DNA of 64,000 bases from positions 1,888,001 to 1,952,000 of the forward strand of contig OZ255842.1 of NCBI GenBank assembly GCA_965277805.1, read 5' to 3'. Shown one piece after another: positions 21,201-30,498 of this stretch (the first letter of the stretch is position 1; every line of letters starts with the position of its first letter). This stretch comes from Candidatus Lustribacter sp. GTDB lineage: Bacteria > Vulcanimicrobiota > Vulcanimicrobiia > Vulcanimicrobiales > Vulcanimicrobiaceae. Under the pieces are notes generated by a model that saw only the letters and a program-made list of their open reading frames with translations, searched no databases and was not told where the DNA came from. Both the position numbers and the translations under genes were made by a program.

Positions 21201-23931
21201 TGTAGGTGACGCTCTCTTCCGCGGAATCGCCGCCTTCGACAACGGCGGTCGCCGCAAGGTAGGTCGCGAGCTGCAACTCGAGATGAACCTTCGTTTGCGG
21301 TACCGGGGCGCCGTTCGGATCCAGCGCGATCACCGAGATCTTCGCCGGCTGCTGCGCGGTCGCGACGAAATCGGTTTTGAGACCGATCTGCACCTTGCCC
21401 GGAAACGCGGTGAACGTTTTGCTGTCGCCGACCGAGAGGTTCGCGACGTCGGTCGTATCGGCGTCGACTTGATAGGTCATCGGATACGGCAGATCGGCGG
21501 CCACCGGTACGGAGAGCGGCGCATTGCCACTCGCGTCGACGGGAACCGTTTGCTGCAGCACGTCGGAACTCACCGAGGGCGCGCTCTCGGGCCAGAACCA
21601 TTGGCGCCCGAACGTGTAGCTCGGGTCTTTGGCCCACGTATAGTTGGTGAGCGAGCGCGTGACTTCGTAGTACGTCGACGCGCCGGCGACGGGCGAGCCG
21701 AACAAATACGTGCTCGTCGTTCGCGCCGCGACCGATTCGCCGGCAACCGCGGCCTTGACCGGCAGCGCGAGGGTGACGGCGAAGTTCGGCGGCTTGAATT
21801 CCGCGACGCGGAAGCTGCCGTCGATCGTCTCGCCGTTGCCGGCACTCGCGTGCACGTTGTAGTAGCCGAGCGGCGCGTTCTTGTCGATCGTGATCGGAAT
21901 TGACGCCGTACCGTAGGCGTTGAGCGTGATGCGCGGTAACGTGCGCTTCTCTTGATTCGGGAATTGCAACTCGACGCTATAGTTCGCGGCTTTCCCGCGA
22001 CCGAGCACACCGTGCGTGAGGAACCACCCGACCGCGGTGAGCTTCACCGTCTCGCCCGGCTGGTAGAGGTCGCGGTCGGAGAAAATCGTGCCGTGCGCGA
22101 TCGGGGTTGCCGATGACCAGCCCGTGTAGAGATTGGCCGCGAACGCACCGGAGCCGTCGTCGGAGCGCACGTACGTCCAGTCGGGGCCGTCGCGCACGAT
22201 CGTGACCAGTGACGGTGCCGTGTTCTGGCCATTATCGAGCACGGCACACGGCGCAAAGCCGGAGCCGCCGAAGTGCGCGATGCCGTCGGCGCCGGTTTGC
22301 GCCGTCGTACACGGGATCGCCGCATTCTTCACCTTGGCGCCGGTTTGCGATGAATACACGGAGACGGAGGCGCCCGCAACGGGCGTGCCGTCGCTGAGAC
22401 GATTGACGCGCACGAACCCGCTGTCGGGAAACCACTGCGCGAACACGCCGAGATTCGTCAGCCCGACGAGGCCGCTGAACGAAGCACTATGGTCGGGGAT
22501 CGTCGCGGCAACGGAATACGCGAGCACGCCGGCCGGACCGCCGAGCTGTTCGCGCAGCGGCACCGTAATCGTGCGATCGACGTTCGGCCGGCTGGTCGTG
22601 TCGAGCGCCACGTGGCGCGTCGCCGGCAGCGCAAAAAGCGCGGAGGTGTCGTCTTGCGGATCCTCGTTGAGCACGACATCGGCCGGCTGCAGCGCGGTAA
22701 AGCGCGCGTCGACCGACCCGCGCGGCACGTTTACGGCATCGACGTTGAGCGCGACCTTGAGCGGCGCTGGAAAGAGATTGGAACCTGTGGGAGCCCAGAG
22801 GGACGGTGTCACGTCGGTCGTACGGAAGGTCGCGCTCGCGCTGGTACCGAGCTTCTGACCGAAGGTGTCGGCCAGCGCCGGATCGATCGTCACCGTGTAG
22901 TCGGTGTTCGGTGCGAGCAGCGCCGGGTTGATGCCGACGGTGCTGTCGTCGATGGTCGCGACGGCGGTGCCCGCGGCCGGCGCCGGCTGGATGTGAATCG
23001 CGCCGAGCGTCTTCGTATCGACCGGATTGCTGAACGAGAGTTGGGGCGTGCCGCTGTCGAGCCGGTCGGCGGGATCATGCGGTTGCAAGAGCCCGTCGAA
23101 CGTGAGCACTCCATAGGTGCGTAACCGGCCGCTGAACGTGGCCGAACTCGGCATGTTCCCGCGCACCGGCACGATACCGGGCGTGAAGATGATGTGGTAG
23201 CTCGTACCTTTGGCCAGCGGTTGCGCCGGCAAGAAGACGTAGGTGTACGCTTGTTGTGAGGGGTCGAAGGCTTGATCCGGCGGTGGCGACGGCGACGCGG
23301 AGTTCGCCGGGCTCGGCGGCACGATGAGTCCCACGGCCGGCCCGGCGGTGTCGGGCAGCAGCGAGCCGTGCGCGATGAGGCTCTGCACGTCGAGCGCGGT
23401 GTTGGATGATAGGCGAATCGTAGGCGTGAGCGGCCCCGGATCGGGCGCGGTCTTCGCGTCGTCCTGCAGCGGGAGATCGCTCAGCGCGATCGCAGCGGTT
23501 TGAAACGTCCAAGTGAAGTCGCTCGCCAGCGCGTGGCCGCTCAGATGGTGGAGACCCTTCGCGATCGTCACCCGCACGCGCGTTGCGAGCGGGAGCGCGG
23601 CGTCGGCTTGGAAGCCGATCATGCGCGGCGTGAGAAAACGGAAATGTCCCGGCAGCGCGGGCGAAATCGAGAACTGCGCGAGCACCGCGGCTTCGTCGGG
23701 ACTCTCCAGCCGCTCGAGCGGAATCAGATCGCCGCGGAAGATCACGCGGATCTGCGCCAGCGTATCAACGGTGCCGCTCGGCGCGAACGAGGCGATCGGA
23801 CCCTGCGGCGTCGCGGCCGGCGCGGGTTCGACCGATTGGAGCGCGGACGGCGCGCTCGAGCTCGAGTGGCAGGCGGTAAAACCCAGCACGGCAATTGCGA
23901 CCAGGAGCGTTCGGACCGCGTGCGTCAACAA
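18259..23931 (-). CDS. Bacterial alpha-2-macroglobulin family lipoprotein lacking the CxEQ thioester
   Basis: Lipobox FTAC; SDR.LY.PGE, F.VAEFKPP.F, LPDDLTTWR, DPLPAG.E, Y..R.VTPG.F..P.A motifs. Start set at TTG 23931 (or 23928). Confidence 0.9.
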   Translation of the reverse strand: MLTHAVRTLLVAIAVLGFTACHSSSSAPSALQSVEPAPAATPQGPIASFAPSGTVDTLAQIRVIFRGDLIPLERLESPDEAAVLAQFSISPALPGHFRFLTPRMIGFQADAALPLATRVRVTIAKGLHHLSGHALASDFTWTFQTAAIALSDLPLQDDAKTAPDPGPLTPTIRLSSNTALDVQSLIAHGSLLPDTAGPAVGLIVPPSPANSASPSPPPDQAFDPSQQAYTYVFLPAQPLAKGTSYHIIFTPGIVPVRGNMPSSATFSGRLRTYGVLTFDGLLQPHDPADRLDSGTPQLSFSNPVDTKTLGAIHIQPAPAAGTAVATIDDSTVGINPALLAPNTDYTVTIDPALADTFGQKLGTSASATFRTTDVTPSLWAPTGSNLFPAPLKVALNVDAVNVPRGSVDARFTALQPADVVLNEDPQDDTSALFALPATRHVALDTTSRPNVDRTITVPLREQLGGPAGVLAYSVAATIPDHSASFSGLVGLTNLGVFAQWFPDSGFVRVNRLSDGTPVAGASVSVYSSQTGAKVKNAAIPCTTAQTGADGIAHFGGSGFAPCAVLDNGQNTAPSLVTIVRDGPDWTYVRSDDGSGAFAANLYTGWSSATPIAHGTIFSDRDLYQPGETVKLTAVGWFLTHGVLGRGKAANYSVELQFPNQEKRTLPRITLNAYGTASIPITIDKNAPLGYYNVHASAGNGETIDGSFRVAEFKPPNFAVTLALPVKAAVAGESVAARTTSTYLFGSPVAGASTYYEVTRSLTNYTWAKDPSYTFGRQWFWPESAPSVSSDVLQQTVPVDASGNAPLSVPVAADLPYPMTYQVDADTTDVANLSVGDSKTFTAFPGKVQIGLKTDFVATAQQPAKISVIALDPNGAPVPQTKVHLELQLATYLAATAVVEGGDSAEESVTYKTIATTDVETATGAVSAQLTPPSSGTYRIRANTAGATSDAGETDVQLYVTGPGEAAWGARDPNQLDVHLDKTKYRPGEVARALIVSPFPDADILVAVVRSGVIWQQRLHAHGAAPAVSFTVTPGMLPNAAFEAIAVRHGPLPKTAPADTGNAVARNGFAAFDVALDAKYLTVTAKPQQARLAPAAHQSIHVHVTDRAQHAVRGQVTLIVANDAILQLSGYRPPDLVALVYGDQPISTRFADNRGAIVLQSLARPVEKGWGFGGGLSTGAEDTRIRRKFDPLAYYAGSILTDANGDADVAFDLPDDLTTWRVMAVAATTDGRFGNGETTFLTTKSLIANPVVPQFARPGDRFNAGVAVTDAASATGATIAIAGTLTAPLAFLNETQQPVPTTTFSAPIDQITKAYRFPMLAGGPGTSTATFTAKRSGTGGAASDGFAIPVPVIDRAVMESVITTGVLARGSTAIPLNVAAGTPADAGGVQLVLANSLLPDALVAAQSVFADEGRVALAAAGRLTVAADVIRLGALTNSAPPPEARTTAAGDLAFLASLQRPDGGFASYPGGKVTDPYDSLEVLHAYARASDAGIAVNAASRAKAVNFASTVLADPGAWPWCKSAACKNQLRLHALDALADAGDRRTSYLGDIDAVRAQFDTPDQIRLARLLLLAPGYGDRGNAEAQALGDRVYQTGALATFNAPDRYRWFAQPVIAEALMTRLLLAQHADALTIDRLTRSLLALRRNGSWGCACQNAAALDALVDVAVAAGPPANLNATATLGTSSIATVAFSGHRPASLTANVPAARLAPGTTPVNLALQSPGPLHYALSYRYRLAGPQRGQLNGLRVTRIVHPAGAASALATMGLAVLADPVALHAAQVFDVELQVITDHPIDRVQITDPLPAGMEAVDTSFKTNTAVAPAQSWQIDDQQIYHDRIEAYADHLGPGIYVLHYIARTVTPGTFAWPGAEARLIDRPEEFGRTASATLSVQ

Positions 23932-23937
23932 CCGGGG

Positions 23938-26094
23938 ATGCGCCGTCCTTGGGTCGTCGCCCTTGCGAGTGTCGTTATTGCCGCCGGCGCGTTCTTGGCG
24001 CGGCCGATCGGCCCCGGCGCGTTCGCACCGAGCGGCGGCGCGGTGACGTTCGTCGATCGCGCCGGCTTGCCGCTCGGAACCGTGCTTTCGCGCGATACGG
24101 AACACGCAGTGCATGTGCCGCTGCAAGCGGTGTCGCCGCACTTCCTCGCGGCGATCGTCGCGGTCGAAGATGCACGCTTCGCGCAGCATCGCGGCGTCGA
24201 CCCGGCCGCGCTGGCGCGCGCGACGGCCGAGGTGCTGCGCACGCGACACATCGTCAGCGGCGGTTCCACGATCACGATGCAGTTGGCGCGCCTGCGCTAC
24301 GACCTGCCGCGCACGGTGTGGGGGAAGCTCGAGGAGATCGCGCTGGCGCTGCGGATCGAAGCCGGCACCTCGAAGGCGCAGATCCTCGAAGCGTACGTGA
24401 ACCGGCTGCCGATGGGCGGCAACCTCGTCGGCGTTGAGGCCGGCGCGCGGACCTACTTCGGCGTGCCGGCCGAAGCTCTGGATTGGTCGCAAGCGGCATT
24501 TCTTGCGGCGTTGCCCAACGATCCCTCGGCCCTCGATCCGTACACGCATCGCGCTGCCCTCGAACGGCGCCGCCGCGCGATCATCGCTTACCTGCACTCG
24601 CGCGGCGTGCTCGGTGCCGATGACGCACGCCGCGCCATAACAGAACAGATCGCGCTCGTGCCACGCCGCGAGGGCATTCATGATGCGCCGCAACTGCTGT
24701 TTCGCTTGGCCGCGTCGACCCCGGCCGGCACGGAACGCGTGCGCACCACGATCGATCGCGACTTGCAGCGGTACGTCGAGAACACGGCGCAAGAAGTCGT
24801 TGCGGCGCTCGGCGACCGCGCGGTGCACGACGCCGCGGCGGTCGTGGTCGACAACGCCACCGGCAACGTCCTCGCGTATCTCGGCTCGCCCGAATACTTC
24901 GACGCGCGCAGTTTGGGACGCAACGACGGCGTGACGGCGCTGCGCCAGCCGGGCTCGACGCTGAAGCCGTTTCTCTACGAGCTGGCCTTCGAGCGCCGCA
25001 CGATCCGGCCGGCGACGATTCTCGAAGACGTGCCGACGACGTACGCGATTCCGGGGGCGCAGATTTACGCGCCGGCCGACTACTCCGGTGAATTCGAGGG
25101 CCCCGTCCGGCCGCGCATCGCGCTCGCGGATTCGCTCAACGTGCCGGCGGTGCGCACGCTGAGCGCGGTCGGGGTGACGACATTTCAATCGCGGCTGCGG
25201 GCCCTCGGCTTCGTGCATCTCGACAAACCGGCAGCCTACTACGGCCTCGGCCTGACGCTCGGCAGCGGCGAAGTGACGCTCGAAGAACTCGCGCGCGCCT
25301 ATGCAACGGTCGCCCGCGGCGGCCGGCCGATCGCCTTACGCTACCGCGACGTTGATCCCGTGACGAGCGATGCGCGCGACCTGCGCGTCGGCGATGAGGC
25401 GACCTGGGCGCTGGTGACCGACATGCTCTCCGACGCGCACGCGCGAGCGCGTGCCTTCGGCGTGTCGTCGCTCTTGCGGTTGCCGTTTCCGAGCGCGGTG
25501 AAAACCGGCACGTCGTCGGATTTTCGCGATACCTGGACCGTGGGCTTCACGCGCGATTACACCGTCGCCGCGTGGGTCGGCAACTTCAACGGCGCGCCGA
25601 TGCAGCGCATCACCGGCGTCACCGGTGCAGCACCGTTGTGGAATCGCATCATGCTGCACCTGGCCGAAACGCGCGAACCCGGTCCGTTTACGCGGCCGCG
25701 CGGCTACGCTCGCCGTGCGATTTGCGCGACGACCGGGATGCTGCCCGACCCGTCGTGCGAGAGCGTCGTAATGGAATGGCTCGACCCGCTCGACCGCCGC
25801 GCCCTGCACGCCGCCCCGCATCGCGCGCTCGCGCTGGCCATCGACACGCCGCACAACAACGCCCGCTACCTGCCCGGCGGCACGATCCTGATGCGCGCGA
25901 ACGCCGCATTCGGCAGTGACGTGCGCTGGCTCGTCGACGGCCGCCCCGCCGGCAACGGCACGCGCGTTCCGCTTGCGCTACGGCGCGGCGCGCACACGAT
26001 CGAAGCGCAGAATGACCGCGGTGCCGCCGTTACGCACGTCGTCGTGGCCGACGATATCGCCATGCGACGGAGTGGGTTCACGGTGACGCGCTAG
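23938..26094 (+). CDS. pbpC: Penicillin-binding protein 1C
   Basis: EDARF..H.GVD and GGSTITMQ (transglycosylase); SxxK (STLK), SLN, KTGT (transpeptidase); adjacent to A2M. Confidence 0.92.
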   Translation: MRRPWVVALASVVIAAGAFLARPIGPGAFAPSGGAVTFVDRAGLPLGTVLSRDTEHAVHVPLQAVSPHFLAAIVAVEDARFAQHRGVDPAALARATAEVLRTRHIVSGGSTITMQLARLRYDLPRTVWGKLEEIALALRIEAGTSKAQILEAYVNRLPMGGNLVGVEAGARTYFGVPAEALDWSQAAFLAALPNDPSALDPYTHRAALERRRRAIIAYLHSRGVLGADDARRAITEQIALVPRREGIHDAPQLLFRLAASTPAGTERVRTTIDRDLQRYVENTAQEVVAALGDRAVHDAAAVVVDNATGNVLAYLGSPEYFDARSLGRNDGVTALRQPGSTLKPFLYELAFERRTIRPATILEDVPTTYAIPGAQIYAPADYSGEFEGPVRPRIALADSLNVPAVRTLSAVGVTTFQSRLRALGFVHLDKPAAYYGLGLTLGSGEVTLEELARAYATVARGGRPIALRYRDVDPVTSDARDLRVGDEATWALVTDMLSDAHARARAFGVSSLLRLPFPSAVKTGTSSDFRDTWTVGFTRDYTVAAWVGNFNGAPMQRITGVTGAAPLWNRIMLHLAETREPGPFTRPRGYARRAICATTGMLPDPSCESVVMEWLDPLDRRALHAAPHRALALAIDTPHNNARYLPGGTILMRANAAFGSDVRWLVDGRPAGNGTRVPLALRRGAHTIEAQNDRGAAVTHVVVADDIAMRRSGFTVTR

Positions 26095-26853
26095 CTACTC
26101 GATTTCTTTCGCCGGCCGCAGGACGATCTCGTTGATGCTGACGTGCGCGGGCTGGGAGAGCGCGAACACTACCGACGCGCCGATGTCGGCCGGGGTCAGC
26201 GGCGTGACGGAGTCGAGCATCTTCTGGAAGCGCGCGCGCGTTGCGGCGTCGGCCGCGTGCTCGAAGAGTTCGGTCTCGACGATCCCGGGGCTGACGACGG
26301 TCACGCGGATGTTATGGTCCGTCCCTTCTTTGCGCAGCGATTCCGAGAACGTGTTGACGGCGGCCTTCGTCGCAGCATAGGCCGGCGAGCCGGGGTTGGC
26401 GAGGCGCGCGCTGACCGAAGAGATATTGACGACGTGGCCTTGGCCTTGCTCGATCATGAGCGCGAACGCCGCGTGCGTGACGTTCATGAGGCCGATGATG
26501 TTCGTTTCGAACATCTGTCGCCAGTCGGCAAGCTTGGCCTCCGCCGTGCGGGCACTGAGCATGACGCCGGCCGAGTTCACCACGCTATCGAGACGGCCGC
26601 AGCGTTCGGAGATCGTCTGCATGCACGTTGCGACGCTCGTTGCGTCGGCGACGTCCAACTCAACCGCGTGAGCGGTTCCGCCCTCAGCTGCGATCTCGGC
26701 GACGAGTTTCAATAGTCGATCTTGGCGGCGAGCCGCGACGACGACGGTCGCGCCTTCCGCGCCGAGCGCGCGCGCGACGCCTTCACCGATGCCCGATGAA
26801 GCGCCGGTTACCAGTGAAACGTGACCGGCCAGTAAGGATCGTGAACTCGGCAT
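26095..26853 (-). CDS. SDR family oxidoreductase (NADP-type)
   Basis: TGASSGIG, ARR, NSAG, YAATK. Confidence 0.9.
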   Translation of the reverse strand: MPSSRSLLAGHVSLVTGASSGIGEGVARALGAEGATVVVAARRQDRLLKLVAEIAAEGGTAHAVELDVADATSVATCMQTISERCGRLDSVVNSAGVMLSARTAEAKLADWRQMFETNIIGLMNVTHAAFALMIEQGQGHVVNISSVSARLANPGSPAYAATKAAVNTFSESLRKEGTDHNIRVTVVSPGIVETELFEHAADAATRARFQKMLDSVTPLTPADIGASVVFALSQPAHVSINEIVLRPAKEIE

Positions 26854-26911
26854 GTCTTCTTCTATCGCCGCTGCTGAAGTTTTTCATGCCCCGAGTGAGA
26901 ATGGCGAGCGT

Positions 26912-28075
26912 ATGGAATTGCGTCTCGGGGTTATCGGAATGGGAACGGCGGCGCAGCGGATGGTGCCGGCCGCCGGCAAAGCGGCGGGCATTCGGGTCGC
27001 TGCCATCTGCGATCGGGTTCCCGAGATGCGCGATCCGATTGCCCAGCGCTACGGCGCGCGCAGCGTGCCGGATATTGAAACGCTGCTTGCAATGGATGAC
27101 ATCGATGCCGTATACATCGCCACGCCGACCGAGATGCACCTCGAGCACGTGCTGGCCGCGGTGAAGGCCGGCAAACACGTGCTGTGTGAGAAACCGGTCG
27201 CCACGACGCTGGCCGAGGCCACCACGATGATCGAGGCTGCCGACCGCGCCGGGGTGGTGTTCAACGTCGGACACTCGCACAGCTATGATGAGCCGAACCG
27301 CGCGATGCGCGAGGTCATCGCGAGCGGTGAGCTGGGGCGCGCGCGGCTGCTCCACAACATCCACTACACCGACTGGGTCTATCGGCCACGGCTGCCGGAG
27401 GAGCTCGACGTCAACTCCGGCGGAGGCGTGACGTTTCGTCAAGGCGCGCATCAGTTCGACATCCTGCGTTTGCTGGGCGGTGGACTTGTGAAGCGCGTGC
27501 GCGGACAGACCTTCGATTGGGATCCGCAGCGGCCGGTGATCGGCGCGCACAGCGTCTTCCTCACCTTCGAAGACGGAACGATCGCGACCGCGATCTACAA
27601 CGGTTACGGCGCGTTCCTCTCGAGCGAGATTACCTATGATGCCGGAGCGGTCGGCTATCCGCAAAAAGACGGGCCGGGAGCGATGCGGCACGCGATGAAA
27701 TCAGCCACGGCCGCAAGCGAGGCGAAGCTCAAACGCTCGCGCGCCGGCATCCCCGCGCAGGAAGAGTTGCCGCCGAACCAGCCCTTCTTCGGTTGGACGA
27801 TGGTGAGCTGCGAAGGCGGCGACATCCGCCAATCGCCGACCGGTCTGTACATCTATACCGAACGCGGGCGCGAAGATCGTCCGCTGCGGATGGACCTCAC
27901 GACGCGCGATCCGGTGATCGAGGAATTCGTCGAGACCGTCGCCGGCCGGCGGCGCGCGCTGCACGACGGCCGTTGGGCCCGGGCGAATCTCGAGGTCTGC
28001 GTCGCTACGGTTGAATCGGGCCGCACCGGTAAGGAAATCACGCTCGAATACCAAGTCGCCGTTCCTAAGGACTGA
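26912..28075 (+). CDS. Gfo/Idh/MocA oxidoreductase, phthalate cis-4,5-dihydrodiol dehydrogenase-like
   Basis: GVIGMG, ATP...H, EKP, GHSHSYD, YTDW.YRPR..EELD...GGG..F.QG.HQ.D. Confidence 0.8.
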   Translation: MELRLGVIGMGTAAQRMVPAAGKAAGIRVAAICDRVPEMRDPIAQRYGARSVPDIETLLAMDDIDAVYIATPTEMHLEHVLAAVKAGKHVLCEKPVATTLAEATTMIEAADRAGVVFNVGHSHSYDEPNRAMREVIASGELGRARLLHNIHYTDWVYRPRLPEELDVNSGGGVTFRQGAHQFDILRLLGGGLVKRVRGQTFDWDPQRPVIGAHSVFLTFEDGTIATAIYNGYGAFLSSEITYDAGAVGYPQKDGPGAMRHAMKSATAASEAKLKRSRAGIPAQEELPPNQPFFGWTMVSCEGGDIRQSPTGLYIYTERGREDRPLRMDLTTRDPVIEEFVETVAGRRRALHDGRWARANLEVCVATVESGRTGKEITLEYQVAVPKD

Positions 28076-28080
28076 TACTC

Positions 28081-29040
28081 ATGAATCACGTTTCACGGAC
28101 CTCGTTTATCGTCGGCAGTGCCGTCCTTGCGGTGACGGCACAGGCGGCACTTGGACAAACGCCGGCGCACCTGGTCGTCGGGGCATCGGCGATCGACGGC
28201 GCGATCGGGTTGATCACGGGACAGAACAACGGATATTTCAAAAAGAATGGGGTCGACGTCGAGCACGTCGTCAACAATGGTGCGGCGAGTGCGGCGGGGG
28301 TCGCCGGCGGCTCGATTCAACTTGCGGCGTCGAACGTCGTCACGCTGATCAAAGCGCACCTGAACGGGGTGCCGTTCCAGATCGTCGCTCCCAGCAGCAT
28401 GTACACGAGCGACAATCCGACGCAAGTGCTCGTCGTGCGCAATGACGCCAACTTCAAAACCGCCGCCGACCTCAACGGCAAGACGATCGGCGTCACGGCG
28501 ATCGGCGATCTGCTCTCCGTTGCGACGCTCGCGTGGATCGATCAGAACGGCGGAACATCGAGCACCGTCAAGCTCATCGAGATCCCGCCGACCTCGCAGA
28601 CCGCAACGCTCGTTGCCGGCCGCGTGGAAGCCGCATCGCTGGCGGAGCCGTTCCTCTCCCAAGCGCTCGCCAGCGGATCGGTGCGCATCTTCGGGAAGAT
28701 CTTCGATGCCATCGCACCGCGCTTCTTACAAGCGGCTTATTTTGGCAAGGCCGATTGGATCAACGCCAACCCCGATGCCGTGCAGCGCTTCGTGCGCGGG
28801 CTGCTCGAAGCCAATACCTGGGCGAACGCCCATGAAGATAAGACGCTGCCGTGGCTGATCGACTACGCCAAGCTCGATCCCGCCGTCGCTAAACACGCCC
28901 GGCGCGAACACTTCGGCGAATCGATCGACCCGGCATCGGTCCAGGCCGAAATCGACGTGCTCGCCCGCACGAAGGCCATCGACCACGGCTTCGACGCGCG
29001 CGACATGTTCAGCCCCGTCGTCCTCAATATGCGAAAATAG
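28081..29040 (+). CDS. SsuA/THI5-family substrate-binding protein
   Basis: Signal peptide; GYFKKNGVDVE, DLNGKTIG, WIDQNGG. Confidence 0.85.
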   Translation: MNHVSRTSFIVGSAVLAVTAQAALGQTPAHLVVGASAIDGAIGLITGQNNGYFKKNGVDVEHVVNNGAASAAGVAGGSIQLAASNVVTLIKAHLNGVPFQIVAPSSMYTSDNPTQVLVVRNDANFKTAADLNGKTIGVTAIGDLLSVATLAWIDQNGGTSSTVKLIEIPPTSQTATLVAGRVEAASLAEPFLSQALASGSVRIFGKIFDAIAPRFLQAAYFGKADWINANPDAVQRFVRGLLEANTWANAHEDKTLPWLIDYAKLDPAVAKHARREHFGESIDPASVQAEIDVLARTKAIDHGFDARDMFSPVVLNMRK

Positions 29041-29452
29041 CTAACGCGCTGCGGCGCGCGATGAGCGCATCCAGTGACCATCGTCCCGGACCGGCAAGCA
29101 CGATTGCGAGCGCGCCGATCAGGTACACGCTCGGTAATTCCATGCTGTCACCACCCGCACTCACGAGCGGTGTATGTGCCGGGATGTGCACGGCGGCAAT
29201 TGCAACCAACATGTCGATCGCGATCAAGCCGGCCGCGACGCGCGAGGCAATTCCGATTACGAGCGCCCATCCGCCGAAGAACTCCGCCACCGCTGCGGTC
29301 TCTTGCACGAATGCCGGCGGATGGAACGGCATTGCGTTCATCCAGGTCGCCGCATGCGCAATCTTCGGTGCACCGTGCAGCACGAACGCGATTCCGATGA
29401 CCAGCCGGAGCAACAGGAGCGCGATTCCGAAACGGTTCGATTCAGTAAACAT
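29024..29452 (-). CDS. DoxX family membrane protein
   Basis: LLRL..G..F..HG..K, AEF.GG, GPG.WSLD. Confidence 0.88.
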   Translation of the reverse strand: MFTESNRFGIALLLLRLVIGIAFVLHGAPKIAHAATWMNAMPFHPPAFVQETAAVAEFFGGWALVIGIASRVAAGLIAIDMLVAIAAVHIPAHTPLVSAGGDSMELPSVYLIGALAIVLAGPGRWSLDALIARRSALAIFAY

Positions 29453-29526
29453 GACCCAACGTATATCCATTAGACCTGAACAAACCATGAGACGCTGGCA
29501 GGCCGTCACTTGCGACGCAAAGCCGA

Positions 29527-30483
29527 TTAGCGGTTGAGTACTTGAGCCGCGATGACATCCTTAGCTGGGAACGATGCTTTGATCAGACCGTACTTTGCCG
29601 AGCAGTCGATGAGGGGTTGCAGCAATGCCGGGTCGACACGTTGGGGGTAGTAGGCTCGCTTTTGGTTGGGGCTGATCGGTTGTTTTGAGTAGGTGTTGAG
29701 GATTTTGGCGGATGCGTCATGGTTTTTGTTGGCCCAATCGGCGGTTTCGGCAATGGCGTCGGCAAAACGGCGGACGGCGTCGGCGTGGGTGGTGACGTAG
29801 TCTTGCAGGCAGAACCAACCGCCGCCGAGCCATTCATCGCCGATCGCGTCGTTCACGTTGGCGACGACGTGCGCGCCGTTCGCCAGCAGCGCGGATTGCG
29901 CGGGCTCTTCTGCGACGACGGCATCGACGCGACCCGTCGCGAGCGCGCCGCCCATGTCGGCGTACGGCATTTCGACGAATTTTACGGCGTCTTGCGCCAG
30001 GCCGTTCTTGTCGAGATACGCCCACATCGCCATTTCGCTCACGCCCTTGAGGCTCGTGACGGCAACGGTTTTACCGACGAGGTCTTTGGCGGTGTGAATG
30101 GGTGCGGTCTGCAATGCGAGGAGCGCGCCCGTCGGCTGTTTCGATGAGTATGCGGCCGACGGCGCGACCAGCACAAACGGGATGCCGCGTTCGCGCGCGT
30201 TGGCGAGCGTGACGACGGCAGCGGTTCCGAAATCGAGCGAACCGCCGACCACGGCTGCAGCCGTGGCGGGACCGTTGGCCATCACCACGAGATCGACGTC
30301 GAGGTTGTGCTTCTTGAACAACCCTAGTGCCTGTGCGTAAAAGACCGTGCCGCTGATGTCGATCGGTACTGCCGCGACGCGCAGTTTCGTCAGCGTCTGT
30401 GCGCTTGCCGGGCCGTGAAGTGCGTACTGCGCAGCAGCAGCCGAGCCGGCGAGAATCAGCGAACGGCGGGAGAGTTCACGCAC
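29527..30483 (-). CDS. SsuA/THI5-family substrate-binding protein
   Basis: SRRSLI Tat leader; GLFKKHNLDV, DLVGKTVAV, KFVEMP. Confidence 0.85.
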   Translation of the reverse strand: MRELSRRSLILAGSAAAAQYALHGPASAQTLTKLRVAAVPIDISGTVFYAQALGLFKKHNLDVDLVVMANGPATAAAVVGGSLDFGTAAVVTLANARERGIPFVLVAPSAAYSSKQPTGALLALQTAPIHTAKDLVGKTVAVTSLKGVSEMAMWAYLDKNGLAQDAVKFVEMPYADMGGALATGRVDAVVAEEPAQSALLANGAHVVANVNDAIGDEWLGGGWFCLQDYVTTHADAVRRFADAIAETADWANKNHDASAKILNTYSKQPISPNQKRAYYPQRVDPALLQPLIDCSAKYGLIKASFPAKDVIAAQVLNR

Positions 30484-30498
30484 GGGACGTCCTTTCGT

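Noticed and set aside
18850-21903. Long plus-strand ORFs (614 aa, 371 aa) and similar Arg/Ala-rich ORFs throughout the track
   Set aside because: Antisense or alternative frames of well-supported genes; no motifs; expected at this GC.
23932-25218. 429-codon N-terminal extension of the A2M ORF, and the reciprocal extension of pbpC from 23500
   Set aside because: Antisense shadows of the opposite gene in high-GC DNA; the real N-termini are marked by the lipobox and the membrane anchor.
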